A stretch of 64,000 nt of DNA, taken from positions 12,028,001-12,092,000 of the forward strand of contig CM119373.1 of NCBI GenBank assembly GCA_051294905.1, read 5' to 3'. This document shows, one piece after another, positions 39,701 through 54,700 of the stretch. Made by a program: the position numbers and the translations under genes. Positions within the stretch are counted from its first letter, which is position 1. Each line of letters begins with the position of its first letter. This stretch comes from Botryllus schlosseri (lineage: Eukaryota). The notes beneath the pieces are model-generated. The model ran no database searches. It was not told where the DNA came from and worked only from the letters and a program-made list of their open reading frames with translations.

Positions 39701-42700
39701 ACACACTCAACTTCGGAAACGGAATTACTACCCTAAACTTTAAGTAGAAACCCTGAAACTCGGGGCAGTGTTAAATACCACCATCACGACATGACATAAC
39801 AAGTTTCAAGAGTTTTCATGGTGTAAAACCCCATTAAAATCGACCTATACCAGCGAAGGTCGACTAAACGCAGATGACGGTAACAGAGTTCAGCTATAGA
39901 TACGATTGTTACATCACACCTTAAGGGCACAGAGCTATCGTGCCCCGGTTGCTCGGTAATTTTATGAATAGGAGAGAGTAAATCACCGTTTCTTTATTGT
40001 GCGCGGTTTTGAGAGAATAGACAGTGAAAGCTTGTTATGAGCGCTACCGGGGCAAGCCCCGGCTAGGCATTCGCAAAGCGAAAACACAGAAGAGAATTCG
40101 ATTTTCGCATAAACTTCGCTATATATGGGCATTTACAAGCGAAAGGACAAGAAGTATACGATTTTCGCTGTGATTTCGGTTTATATAGATAGGTGTGCGT
40201 CTATAAATTGTGAAGAATTGTTATTGAACAGAATTTTAGGTGGGGCAATGCCCCAGTTGCCCTATAGGACGAGCCGCCACTGCTTTAATGTGATGGGTAA
40301 CAGGCATAATATTCTTTGTGGTCGCATAATAGGCACATATGTGAGCTTTGACATATTGCATTCCGTTGTGACGTCATAATGAGTGATACTTGATTACTCA
40401 ACTCGACTCGAAGCATAATACGTGATTACGAATCGAATCACTCAGTTACTCGAATTGGCCATTCTCGGTAATGTCCATTCTCGGTGGTGTCCATTCTCGG
40501 TAATGACCCTTCTCGGTAATGTCCATTCTCGGTAATGTCCATTCTCGGTAATGGTTTTCTCGGTAATGTCCATTCTCGGTAATGGTTTTCTCGGTATTGG
40601 TATAGAACCGACTGATATGACGTACGGTCAGAGATGTATCCAGTACCTACGGATATTTCAAGTCAATTTTCCATAACAAAGTGACCCGTCCCACAGAAAC
40701 GTTATGCCTGTGACGTTGACGTAGTTACTACGACTGTTATCGTACCACATAGGACCATATCTACTATAGCTTATAGATAATCGATGGGCTACCTCTGGAA
40801 AACCATGTACAAAATCAAATTCCTATTATAGCAGCTACTCTCTCTTTCCAAACATACCCCTACGAATGGGTGCTTGACGATCTCGGAAAGGCGCTTCAAT
40901 AAACAAGATGCCACAACGGGACACGCATGGACGAATCATTTACGTCATGTTTAAACCTGTTTTGCTTAACCACAGTGTGAAGTATACGCTCGCGGTCACT
41001 ACGATGACAAGGGAAAATGTTATTTATAAATTAGCGCTTTCCCACGATTTTTCGAAAACTCGGCTTTGTACTTAACATGTGCCTTCCTTAATTCACGGAT
41101 ACATGCTTGGCCAGTTTCGAAGAACCTTTCTACACTACACATGGCATATATCTGTATGAAACGATACTCTACATTTGAGATATCCTTTCCTGGCAAGATA
41201 TAGAGCTAGTGTGGTGTGACATCATTGTTAGTAAGTGGCCCCAATGGACACAAGACCCAGAGTAATCCCCGATCAATGCAGATGTCTCCACAATTTTCCA
41301 GAGCTGAGTGATCCTCAATTAAGAAATGCGAACCCCAGCAGGATATGCTTTAGCAAAACCCACTCTGCTAGTACTTTTTTTTATGTTTTTATAACGCGTT
41401 GAGTAGATGTAGATATCATTAATTGGAATGTGTTACCAAATGTGATTGGTAGCAGCGGCTATTGAGTACTTTTACTTCACGTAAATTATGTGAGAGTCAG
41501 TATCAGTAAGGAGCTGAGCTAAACGCACTCCACGATAGAGGCTTTAATACCTAGCAACCGCTTCGCCACAGGTGCGCAAACTCAACGAATACCACCAACC
41601 GAATTCAAAACGCATGCATATGCCGCAATACAGCAACATGCAACGTGGGATTATCCAAAAACATCGCAATGAGTGTGGACGTAGCGACTTCGCGGTTAAT
41701 CGCAAGCAATTTAATTTTAAATGTAACAAGAAACCTCCACAATAATCATAGAGGGTCGTTATTCGATTGGGGGTTGCACTGACTCATATATTTCTCGGTA
41801 AAATTATGGATTCGATATATTTCCACTGGCGCCATGCACAATAAATTCACAGCCGTCAAAATACGACAGACCAGAACGACCCGGGCGAAATCAAATCGAT
41901 ACCAGAGCCGCTAAAAAGTTTCTCATATATTCCAGTAATGGCATAAATTTCGATATCACTCCGTCTTATCCGAGGCAGACGGGCTTAAATGAAAAACACA
42001 AGTAAAAGCGGTTTCTTTAATTTTTCGTCGGCCCCGTGGGAATACAAGCCGCGCGTCCCAAGAACGCGAAATCGAAGTTAATTTGATCGAAGGTCTAATG
42101 AATCCATCCATCCAGACTTGGACTAATGCTTTAATGCGTGGTGCCGAGATGAACGACCGCAACGCGCAGGTATCCATGCCTTATTTGCGAATAATGCATT
42201 ACGGATCTCGGGGTCGATTACATTGCAGCGGAATGGAAAATTCCCAGATGTAAATCGACCTGCACTATACAATGGACCATTAATGCAACGGGGGGAATCT
42301 TGTTATATCTTGTACTCAGATATGGAGTACTCAATATACAATTGTGCCTATTTGTACTCGCTTTTATAATTTGGATTTGGAAAGCTATGTAATTTTGAGA
42401 TAAGTTTACATCAACTTTATGAGTGAAATTGTCATCAGAGCCGCGTGAAATAGCTCATGTAACACGGCAACTGATTATATCTTCGAAAATCGTACCTAGT
42501 TGTAGTGTCATTAGACATTCTTCATTGTTAGCTTAGATACATCTGCATTATTAGCTACTCGAGCGAGTACTCTTGGAACCTTGATTATTTACGTCCATTG
42601 GAAGTAGTTTCATCATGTATTGGAAAAATCTGAAACATCTCAGCTATGCACTGCTCAATACCGGGTTCTTCGCGTTCATAGTATCAGAGAATCAAATGTG

Positions 42701-45700
42701 ATGATTACTAATCTTGTAAACTTCTTCCTAGAGCACCGGTATGCTTGCATCTCGGCCGACTCTCACGCACCAACTATTGTTCAAGCCTATCAATATCAAA
42801 TGCATTGCGCACGGACGTGTTTATTATGGCACTCGGGCTGGTTTGATTAAGTTATAAATTAGGAATACATTTACCCACAGTATGGGTTAGTGATAGCCTT
42901 GAATGCTCTACGATACTGTGTCTGATAACGTTACGGAACGCGTCTTGATAAATGAGAAGTATTCAGAAAAATAGCAATGTAGATAATTAGACATGTACTA
43001 TGTGTGGACTTTGTGCAATGTACAATTACAGTACAAGGTGTTTTGAAGTCTGTGCGACAAAAGATACCAACATTTAAACTTGCAGTTAATTATAATTGGA
43101 AAATATAAGCATTTTGTATTCTGGTCCCGATTGAGATACAATACGTTGACTCAATGCATCGTGAAATGTGTGCAATCACCTTTGACTGGGAATATTTCAT
43201 CTCCTTCATCGCAGGTACGTTTTAATCAACGATATTTACATCGATACGGCTTTCAACAGAATAGCTACACTCTAGTTCATCATTCACTGTGCGCTCGTAG
43301 AACGGACCCCAATTAACAATTCACCGGTATTCGAAGAGGAATTTCGTTATTTCCGTGAAAGTTAGTACCACAGCTCCAGATGTCCGGCGCTATGTGATTA
43401 AAAGCGATAGCGTATATTTCGAAAACTAACAACAAACCATCTATCAAGTCGCAGCGGAGGTGATCTCGCCTTCTCGCCTGGCAGCCGGCAATTAGTCAAC
43501 TATGCTAATGGCTAAGTACAACCACATCTGTTAGCGCTGCATTCGCTCTGCGATCGACAATTAAATTCTCTATGATAATTACACGATTCTTACGGCGGAA
43601 AATGATCGTAATCTTTAGGCAACGGCGCGTTTGAAACGCGTCAAAATCCTAAAAATCTATAAATATTCAACACATAATTTCGGAAGCGTTAATCAAAGCT
43701 ACCAAATACCCTCAAGCGTCTACCAATCGGTCCACATGACATAACTAATGAAATTGATCTGCCAAGCATGCAATCCTGTCTTGATTTCAACAACTCTATT
43801 TACCACCGTGCACAAAACTGTTAGTTGAGGCATTATCATTATCGCGGACACGTAGTACGCAATGTGCATTACAATGAGCGGGCTCTTTATGAGCAGAGAA
43901 GAAGTGACTAAACACCGCATTTTGACGGGGCGGATTACATATCGAAATTGTAGAGCGCGTATTATTGATATCGAGTTGGCATTAACTTGTGATCTATGAC
44001 ATAAACTGTACATTTTAAACAAGTGTCGTGTAGTCTAGATATGGGTTACAACCCGCAGACCGAGAACCACAAAAACAGGAATAGATTGGATGTTAGAATT
44101 TGCATAATCGTTCACAGACCAAAATTTAGACAAATTCAACTACATTCTCTGTCCGAATATCTGTGATCTGTTCGCACTTGAAACGATGTATCTTTGCCGG
44201 TTAATTTCGTATCATTACGGGGGACAGCCATCCGGTGCACGCATATGGGTGCTAACAGCAGTTTACATTTGAGCACTATCAGTTTCAGAAGTAGGTCACG
44301 CACGTAACACAACGGGTGATGCACGGCGTCGCGGTTGACTCAATATTGATGATTTGTTACGACGGTAAATTCGATAAAATAAAACGTGACGGGTCACATC
44401 GGTCGCATTGATATCGCGGCTACTACACCAAATCGCCAGGTGTTGTTTGCCGTGACTTTATTACATTATTTGACCTCCCAGACTTGCCAGCGTTTGTCAC
44501 ATATAGATGTGCACACCGACATGGTATTCCCCGTCTATTGGTTTTGATTTAAATTCGGGAAATTGTGCCTAAATAGAGACTAGAGACTTGACACATCACT
44601 CCGCACCCAAACTGCTTTCAATCCTACTAGGCTAGATAACAGCTCTAAATCTTACTCGGACACATTCGGTAACTTTGTGACGTAATATTCAGTCAGTGCG
44701 AGAGATACCATGGTACAAGAAATCAAGTATTCACCGACTGGAAACCTAAATCTTAGTATACAGCAGGAGCACTATGTTCTTTCAGTATTATCAGGTGTAA
44801 TGAACAACGTACTTTGTAAGTTGATGTCACAGAATTTGGTTGCGCGCCGCAGACTTTATTGATATCAGGTTACCATGTCTTGGAAATGTTGCATTTCAAG
44901 ACGCATTACCCCAAGTATATCAAGCTACATTTTAGTAACAAGCCCAAATATCCTTATTCTTACAGCGCAATATGACTGCGCACTGGTTCATTGGTGCGCT
45001 ACTGGTAGCAATCATTCAACGAAACAGAATGCTAGATAATACCTTGCTGCTTTATCGAGGATCAACTTAGCGCAATAGGCTTAATAGAGGCGTCGATAGG
45101 TAGGTTGTCAAAATGACAATGTTGCCAGACACGGGGCAAACCTAATCTCTTAAAGGCATTTAAGAGAAACGTAACTGCTGGGAACATCGCCTTTCATACC
45201 ACCGACACCGCAAATTAACACTTTCCCATAAATTTCATATGATGTCATGTTTTTAAAAAGAGCGATGTCGGCCGTGTGGCTGGAAAAGTTACAAAATATT
45301 ACGTTCATCTCTTCCTCTGATTTATGACAAAATTCTATTTGTTCCGCTCTAGTTTCGCTCATGCGCGCGCCGCCGACAATTGAACACAGGACACGGTACT
45401 TTTTCGCTCGGGCACAACAAATGCGCATTTAACCTACTTTCCTACATTATTTATTTGACGCAGAGCCGGTAGTTAAAACAGGGTAAGTCCGTTTGCACCG
45501 CGAATAATGGGCTGTGCGACAACGTAGTACAATGAGTTATGGGGTTATGCTGGGTAATTAGGCGATGGAACTGCTCTATACGTTTTTATGATGTCATAAT
45601 CCGGCAATCGAAGCGTGGCAGACCTGTCGTCAGATTACGGTGGAGAGTAACGGTAGTAATTAAAATAATCTGTTCAAGTTATATAGAGGGCTTTCCCGCT

Positions 45701-48700
45701 TTCATATCTGATGGTGTGTTCGTTTGGGGGCAGTGTCATTCGTTTGGTGCTACGAAACTGTCAAGGTCTCAAGGATATCGCTAATGATGTCATAAGATAG
45801 CTAAAATCAGTGCCGTAGAACCGTGAGTTTCAGTCCATCAACGTTTCGGTGACATTATATATAGGGTTCTTTTATTGCGACGGAGTTAATTTATATATCG
45901 TCAAACGAAACACTATCACCCTACCATGTGCTTCTAAGCTTTTATCGCGTCCGTAAAACTTAATAATCCTTGCTAGGCCCAGGCCGCAGATTTCACATAT
46001 CGCACACTGCCAACGGTGGACGCAATCGATTGAATATATCGAGAATGTATCAAATCAGGTCGAGAGGCCCCCGGGGAGGCGGAACGACATTCGACGTTAA
46101 AATCAAAAGTTCGCAATCGATATAAGTCGCATGTCGCCACGAAAACCCGGAAATTAAACGTCAAACGATTCCGCGTAAAGCAGCTCTCTCCTTGCCCTCC
46201 AAATAGACATCTGCAATTTCATTTCAAATTTACGCAGGACATGAAATGTGCTATCTCGGGAGAATTGTGCAGTATATGCACATTCTCGGGATTTACACCC
46301 AAAGTGACTTCTCACAACATCGCCGCTACGTACGAAGTGACGCTGACGCTCCTCATTCTGCTTGAAAATTCAAGTAAAAATCGAAACGTATTTTGGTGTA
46401 TAGTGTCATGTGCAATATTGAAATTCAACCCAGTGTCTTAAAGAAATTATTCATCAGGTTCACGCCTTAGATTACTGGTTACTAACTAAGAGTACAGGGA
46501 CTACTTACGGTTCCTCGAGGACACAGGGAATTTGCAGAATTGAATGAGAATCTTCAAAATGACATTTTGTATGTCGGATTTAAGCATACACTTGTTGGGT
46601 GGAAACAATTCTTATATATATTATAGCGTCGTGAATTGATTCCATATTTTGGTCCAAACAAAGCGACATACGAATTCTCATTAAATTTGCATGAAACTAC
46701 CTGTTTCATGAAATGTACTCTTAAAGCTAAAATTTAGATTAAGTACATTTTTGATACGGTTCAACAGCAATATTCCCTTTAAGATTTTCTGGTATGTATG
46801 TATATTGTAGAAACGCAAGCATCATTTTGCAAAATTATTGGGGATGGTCACATTGGTCAGTCTTCAACTAAAGGGTATGTAAAGATCAACAAGTCTCGCA
46901 CGACTGTCTCGTATATATATTGGACGCCACGCAAATGTTTCACTGCACAAAGCAACCACTCCACGGTCACGGTAGCCCACGTAACCCAGCGCAAAATTGC
47001 GCAGTAAAAATACATGATCATGCGATCAATTAGATTGAAGAAAATCGATTTATCCGGCAGAATAACAAGGCATTGAATGGGGAAAATACATCTTCTACCA
47101 AGAATCGTTATGTGTTACGCTGCGGTTCTATAAATTGACAAAACGCAAGCTCTATACACGAAACTGACCGCATATATACATCGCCTTGATGAATAATTTA
47201 TCATTATCGTAACATTTGCAATGATGAGAATGAGAATTGTGTGTATTTGTAAGACAGAGCAAAAGTTCAAATTTTAGCCATGGCATTTCTGAACCCAGAA
47301 GAGTATCCGTTGTGAAAACACAATCTGGCACTTCATCACCAAGGCGAGAATCGACCACGTGTGGCACGGAAATCACAACAGCAATGCGATTTCGGGAACG
47401 CAATATCAACAAAATAATGCCTACCATTCACGCAGACATAAGATTAGTTAATGGCACGCTGAAGTGAAGCGGAGGGGTGTAGCGGAGCGAGATTTTTCCC
47501 GATTCCACAATAAATCACACTTCAACGAGCGCGGTTTTTGTTTCCCGAGTGCAGAAACAAGACCATGTGCGTCTGGAAAGTAGCACTTGACGCTGGAGAG
47601 AGGGATGCTTGGCATTCCACAGCGGCAATTACGGGGTTTGGGGTCCGGGGTAATGTGAGAGTGTTTCGGAAAACGCAGATAAGAAATCGTTGGAATTTCG
47701 CAGCGGGAAACACCGTCCGCGAACCAAAAAGATGCGTACAGGGTAAATGACGACGGGAGAGGTTATGGCCTTGTGACGCAACAATTAGTGCAATACTAGT
47801 GTGATTCAGGTCGTCCGGCTCTGCCTTTTTCCGGATATGAAGATATAATTTGTACTTTACATTTGTATTTTTACCGAGACAGGATCCGCGATCATGAATT
47901 TCGAAAGATTTGAAATTGAAGCAAGTTTTTTCGAGCTTTTTGACTATCAGATGTCAGCTTTATTTGCTATTAAGATTTGAGGATAAATTCTAGTCTGGCC
48001 GGATCTGTAATATAGGATCTATATTAGTAACTTTAGCAAGACCAGATCTGAACTTCAATTTAAGCATCGGTTCTTGGGCGACCCAGAATGTAAAATGCGT
48101 TTTACTAGCATTTTGAAGATTCTTCGACCTATATAATAAGTGCTATAGCGCCGAAATAGGACATATGTCTCATCACAACGCCCCAGAGCATAAATACGAA
48201 CAAGGACCGGTATTATTTTATTGTTTGAAAACTGTGATTTTTGTCATATCTTCCATATACACCACAACACGCATTTGCGATCTGATTTGCATTGATTTGT
48301 AAGGAAACCTGCAAACGAAATCCCACAAATAACCCGATGTTCAGTGCGGAAGACGTTAAGATCACACTTCCTGTGATTACTGCGACTCCAAATTCACAAA
48401 ACCGCGACGCAAGATCGCTAAAACGGACCCAGCGTTTAAAACAAGATAACTCAAACTCGTGTAATCGACGCCGCAATAATATCAAGATGACCGCCTCTGG
48501 TACAACAATCTACCCGTGACCTTCCTCATGAGGCATAAAATGGAATTATGGCGTAACAAACCACACAAAAGCGTATCTGGTCATCAACGCAGAGAATGTT
48601 GTATAGCGGTATAATCCGGCGCCAAGATTTAGCGAAGATATCGCAGATTGATTACCGCAGAAGAACGATCATTTGGTGCCCGCCTTGGGAATGCAAGGTG

Positions 48701-51700
48701 GAAAGCGTCATATTTGGTTTTTCGTGATATTGATCAACCCACGATACGATAATCGACGATGAAGACATCCGGATGATTTCAGAAAATAGCATTTATATAC
48801 ATACATAAAACGTCAGTGATACATGGCTGATGGATCAGAAATTTACTGCCTGCAAACGAGAAACGCAGACATTTCCAATTTGAAACATAGTGTGAGTTGC
48901 AAACCAAGTCAACAATTTGGTGCAAAATTCAGCTTTCTAATCGAAACAAACACAAATCAAACATAATGGAGGATATATAGCGGACTTTTTAAAGTTGCTT
49001 CACAGACCCAAACAGGCCCACGAGATTCCTGCGTGGGACGTAACAAACTTACAGGAGCTATCCAATCCATGTGCAATGTACATTTGGTGCCAAAGGTGAC
49101 ATTTGAGTATAATACGGCTTCCCATTCCCATACCGATCAAGCATGACATCGCACCAATTATCGGATAAAATTCAGACGGATACTTCCGGGGCCTACGATA
49201 ATTCCTATACATCTTGGTCGTATGTTTTAAATCCCAGAGGCACCGCGCCAGAAAAAAAAAACATGCGCAACGGGCAGACAAGCCGTGGTCTCGCGAGACG
49301 CGAAGCGGGCCGCTCGATTAAACGGCAGTAAGAGACGCATAGTTAAGTAATTGGCAACATGCGACTAATCCCTAATCGATCAGCAAAAAACGACGCTTGC
49401 TTTTACCGAGAAACATTGCGCATACCAGCTGACATATGGCGTATGCCCGGGAGCTAATGTTGATTCTCATAAGCCGCAAAGACCCCCATTGCCAGTTGTC
49501 TTGGATGTGTTGACGCGAATTTGCAGCAACAAATAAGAGAATGTCCTAATCGTTCAGCAATAGTGACACAGATTACGACAATTGTGTCGATTGAATGGAC
49601 GCTCGGGGCCAAGCCGGTCCAATACATCCAATTGTACTAGACAAGCTAGAAGACACATAATCACGTGGCCTTTATCATATACAGTGCTGGAAGCCCAGTG
49701 ACAGAGCCACAGGAGTGGTATGGAATACAAATATGTAGGGGCAGAAACAAGCGCTGAGGAGAAGTAAACATAATTACCCAGTCAACTATACTCAATTATA
49801 ATGTCTACCATATGGATACCAAGCTATCCCACTGCGTGTTTCAAATGCCATAACTTTATCACGCACTGTACCGTGTATCGGCGAAGTCAGTATAGCATCA
49901 AACAGGATTACTTGTGAACAAACCCAATACATTCACGGCTGACCTTTCTACCAAGCAGCCACTATCACAACATCAGTAAGGATAATCCACACGATCGCGG
50001 TAATACTATTGTCAACTAAGCACACCGACGTCAGGAAATTGAAAACGCATACTCGGAGTAAAGTGTTCGATGCGTGAAAGTTAAATTTCAGAAATAGGTG
50101 ATCAGTGACATAGCGAATGAATATATGCCTAGCTACGCGGACTATCGCCGACCAGACTAAAATGATGTCGTTTTACAAGCGCGCCATTGCCGTAACAAGG
50201 GATCTGCGATCCTCCAGGATTCATGAAAGGATTATTCTCATCCCTTTTACACGTGACTAGCTATCGTCATAATAATGACAGCGATACTAAATGCGACACA
50301 CGTCATCGTACAACACCCATAAACCCACATGCTCGTAATCGCATATGTCAATCTCAGAGATGGAGGAGGAAGGGAAAGATTGCTGAGCGGAATACGTAAA
50401 ACATAGACAGACGATGACATAAGTCTCTTACAGGATTATACTGGTGATAAGTGCATATTGTAAAACGGAATGTACTGAACAGTATGTTTGACAAGGTACC
50501 TATCAATCACGTGTTACTCACATCACCTATGCGGTGGTTTGATGAAGAATTAATGCGTATTTAGAGGAGTATCAAATCAGTGACGACTTAGATATGTAGG
50601 CTGTTTAATGGCAGCGGTTTATAACGTGATAACTGAATTCAGATATGGACGAACTCAGAAGAGGAACTCTTTACGGGATTCGACGGGAAGTCAATCATCC
50701 ACGATACGATTGTACCACGTTCCCACGCGTAGGCTACAAATGCGACACTGTGGTTCCATGACTGCGAAACAAACGTTCGACTGATTTATCACGACGTGTA
50801 CTAACTAATATTACATATTTGAAGACATTATCAGTGATAAGACACACAGATTGATGCCTCCTGTATCGCGAATATGCGTTAGCACATTTGAAATGCGATG
50901 ATGTGCCACATTAGCGCTGAATGGTCAGTTAAAATATAAGTGCCGGTACTGTAACGTGGGTATTATTTGCAATAATCCCATGTACGACCTAAACCGCGAT
51001 TCACAAAAGTCAACGTGCGTGGTATTGCGTCATCACGTAGTATCTGTCTCACAATGAACTGGAATACGCCGATCTCATCCCAGATTCTATTACCCGCAGT
51101 ACCGTGAAATCACAGGTAGCAAACACAATACGACGCCCATACCACACAATACTTCAGCGTTCAATGGAAAGCAATTATGTCCGACCCATAAGGAAACACA
51201 AAAGTAGACATTAAGTCAACAGCATAATTCCAAGTGTTTGAAAGCACTCGGTATCTTAAGAGTGAGCAATGCGCCTTACGAATTACGATACGGGTAACTA
51301 CGATGATATTGCGTTAACAGAATTATTGTTATTACCACTAAAGTTGGCGACTTGGCATACCGATACAGACTGTTGCAAGATATATAAACTAAACATACAA
51401 ATGCTAGATTTCAATGATCTATATTCAATATTCATTATTGGTGGAATATTCAAAGCGGCGCAGACACTACCGGTATCTACCTTATCGATAAAGTGTACCC
51501 AGTAACATTATTATAGACTACACCGCACTCAAAAATAACTCAAAGCAAATTATACTGATCTGAAAGTGTCCAATGTCCATGACCCTTATAATTTGAATGG
51601 TCTGTCACGCGGAATATATGAAAAGACTCACCACTAACAACGGATACCACGGCGGACCTCTGGTCGGACCCCACGCTGTTTTGGGCTTTACAGGTGAAGT

Positions 51701-54700
51701 TGTAAAATGCGGATTTCTTAGACTTTTTGATCTTTTCGATCCACAGCGTGGAGCCGTAATGTTGCTTGTTATCCGAGTACGTTTTGATGTCGAATTTATT
51801 GCTTGACACCTAAAACAGAACATCTTGGTACTGAAATAGCGAGAGCCCCTGACTCTTGAAATTCTGTGGCGTGCTAGATTATTTTGATAAATTCCTAATC
51901 TGGTTGAGACTTAGAGAAAGAGCCGGACTGAATCCGGAATACTAGTAGAATAGGCAAGGATATCGAAAAACTGACTGTGAATTCTGTCACAGTTTGCTAT
52001 ATTCACAGGAATTTCTATCCATAGCTGAATATAGTGAGAAATAACATTTGTGCGAGTGCAGAGGTGTAACCGATTGCGCGTCAAACTGACTGGATCATTG
52101 CGCGAAAACTGGTGCTCGAACCGCAACGCAAACAATCGACGTAATCAATTAGGACGACGGCGTTTAGCATCACCGCGACAATGTTTGTCAACACGCCGTC
52201 TTGGGAAAGTGCTGCCGTTCTGCCAAGTGTCTATTTGCTTATGTTACGAAAGGCAATTGATACCGATGTGTATTGGATGGTTTGATTATTGCAAAAGCGA
52301 ACTTGAAGTGCATAGGGATATTGTGTGGATGGAAACACGCGTTTAATACGCAATAGTCGAAACGACATTTATATGAAAGCGCAACTGTGTGCTCAATCAC
52401 TACATGTGCAATACGGAATAACATTAGGTTTATGCTAGCTGTGTAACACTATGATACGTGATAAAACAACCGCACGTGCAGTACACGCTGTACCGGTGAC
52501 TGTGAGAATGGATTGCAGTAGGTATGGACTGTTCACGAGAACTATTTATAAGCAGCTTAGGATCGAGGTCATTGATATTCTCTAAATTCATTAAGGATAT
52601 TATCAGCTCGACTTATTACAATATACCCTAGAAAATCTCGACTTGGTATCTGAAGCCACTTTTGAGTAAACTGCGAGCCATCTGGATTATGGTGTTTGCG
52701 ACTACTGTAACGTGTTATCGCACCAGTACCGCGTGTACAGCTGTGTATTTACAGGAGTCTGCGAAGTGCAAGTCAAACATCGTCCCCGATAAAATTGTGC
52801 TCCATATATTTGCAATTAGCGTGACCATCATTGGATGCTGTAATTTAGATTAGGATCGCTACGACGCGGTAGTTGATGAGTGTTCTACTGTTTACCGTTC
52901 AGTGTTCATCTAAGTAGGACGCATGCACGATGGTCGAAATAGTGGTCACTCTCGGAAGTCACGTGATGAATAACTTCAGTGCTCTGACCAGTGGTTTTGA
53001 ACCTTTATCATTACTACTGCTGAAAACTTTTAAATCAACAAGTGGTGTTATAATTTACGTTCCACTACAATTATGCGTGCAACTGATCCTGTTCTGGCGC
53101 TTTTCTGTTGAGGATTGTGCAATATGGATAATATCGGTGAAGTATCCAATCGGGCCAGGTCGAAGAGTCTGATCTGCCATCGTAAATTCGCAGAGCACGA
53201 ATTGAGTGGGCAATCACAGATAGAAACAGCACGCACACTTTTAGTAGGATATAGCGGGACAGGAGTACAGCATTTGATGGACCGTCACCGTCATAATACC
53301 TACAAGCAAAAGGGCTGACATGTCGAACAACCGTTTGAAACAACCACATTTAGAATGGAATATAACTATACTGTGCAATGTGCATTCTAATATCAGTACA
53401 ATAACTAGCCGTGAAAATTTCTATTTGCGTGCTATCGCACAAAGTCGCATTTCCAAGACCGGCTGCTTGCGAGTTCGTAGCACGAGTCATTCATTTTCAA
53501 TCCACGGGAGCCAAAATTGTGTCTGGAGTCGTAATTCACACTGACACAAACAATTGATGTAGTAGCAAGGAATGTATCGGGACCGTGTCATCGGGCATTG
53601 TAGTGCAAGCAAACTAAAGACGATACGCTACGTCGCAAGGAGGCAGGGAGCATCAAAAATCACTATCGCACTTCAAAAGAGTGAGTCATGCTCCCGTTTT
53701 TGACTTTGGTGGAGAGGCGTGTCGTCATTAGAAACTAGACAAAACCAGTGGAGCGAGTCGCAGTCCCTTTCCGACAATTTTCACAGTGGATGTACGAACC
53801 CCGGCACATTGGCAGAAACATATCTGGACACTGGACAAGTACAACGTTTTTAGCTTTTTGAACGATCTCTTATTCGAAATATTTCAGCTGGTGACGTCAT
53901 ATTTTGTGATGCGATTGATATACAATGTTCTTCCATTTGTGAAATCATTAAAGAACGGCAATCAAAGGATGAAAGAGCCGCACGCAGTTTAGCAAATGCC
54001 CACCCCTGGTATATTCATATTGAAATGACCCCCGAATATTTTCCAATTCTTTACTAGTTGCTGATGATTACTCCGGACGAATTTCAGCTACACAGTTTTT
54101 CCGAATTAGATTAGAATTGGAATTGCTGAATTCGCAATAACTCGAAATTGAATTAGATTTAGCATGAGCACGAAAAATCAAGTTCGGTTCATATGAAACC
54201 AGACAGAATCCATACTCATAAGCACGAGAACGGCGATTTTCTGTACACGAAGCCTGGCTGGTATCGCACGATACTGTTGTCGTGTAACATTTTAAGCAAA
54301 ACTATGAATCAGATTAGAATTGAAATTAAAGCATGGAAACATTTCCACAAATCAGACAAGAACAGGGTCACCGGTATTTCGCTATAATAAGTTTAAAAAT
54401 AACCGGAATTATCGAGTAATCTAACTCTGGGCCGAATCGCAAATAATTGTTGCAGCAGCACGCGAAAAGAACCAATGCGGTAAGAATACAAATGTGATGT
54501 CATAATCACCTCTCTTCCGTTCCGGGACCAGGTTATTTTCGGACGTGGCGTACCCTGCGCTTCACAACTCAAGGCCACGGGCTGTTGTTCCAATGCATCT
54601 TGTGAGAATGGTTCGAGGGTGATGGTGGCAGCAACTGAAGATATTGTAAAGAGAACACGTCAGTAACCTCCTACCTCCATACCGTGATTTATCAAAAAAG

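Noticed and set aside
40457-40610. CRISPR-like repeat array
   Set aside because: Units are directly adjacent 15-16-mers with no spacers; eukaryotic context; it is a MITE arm.
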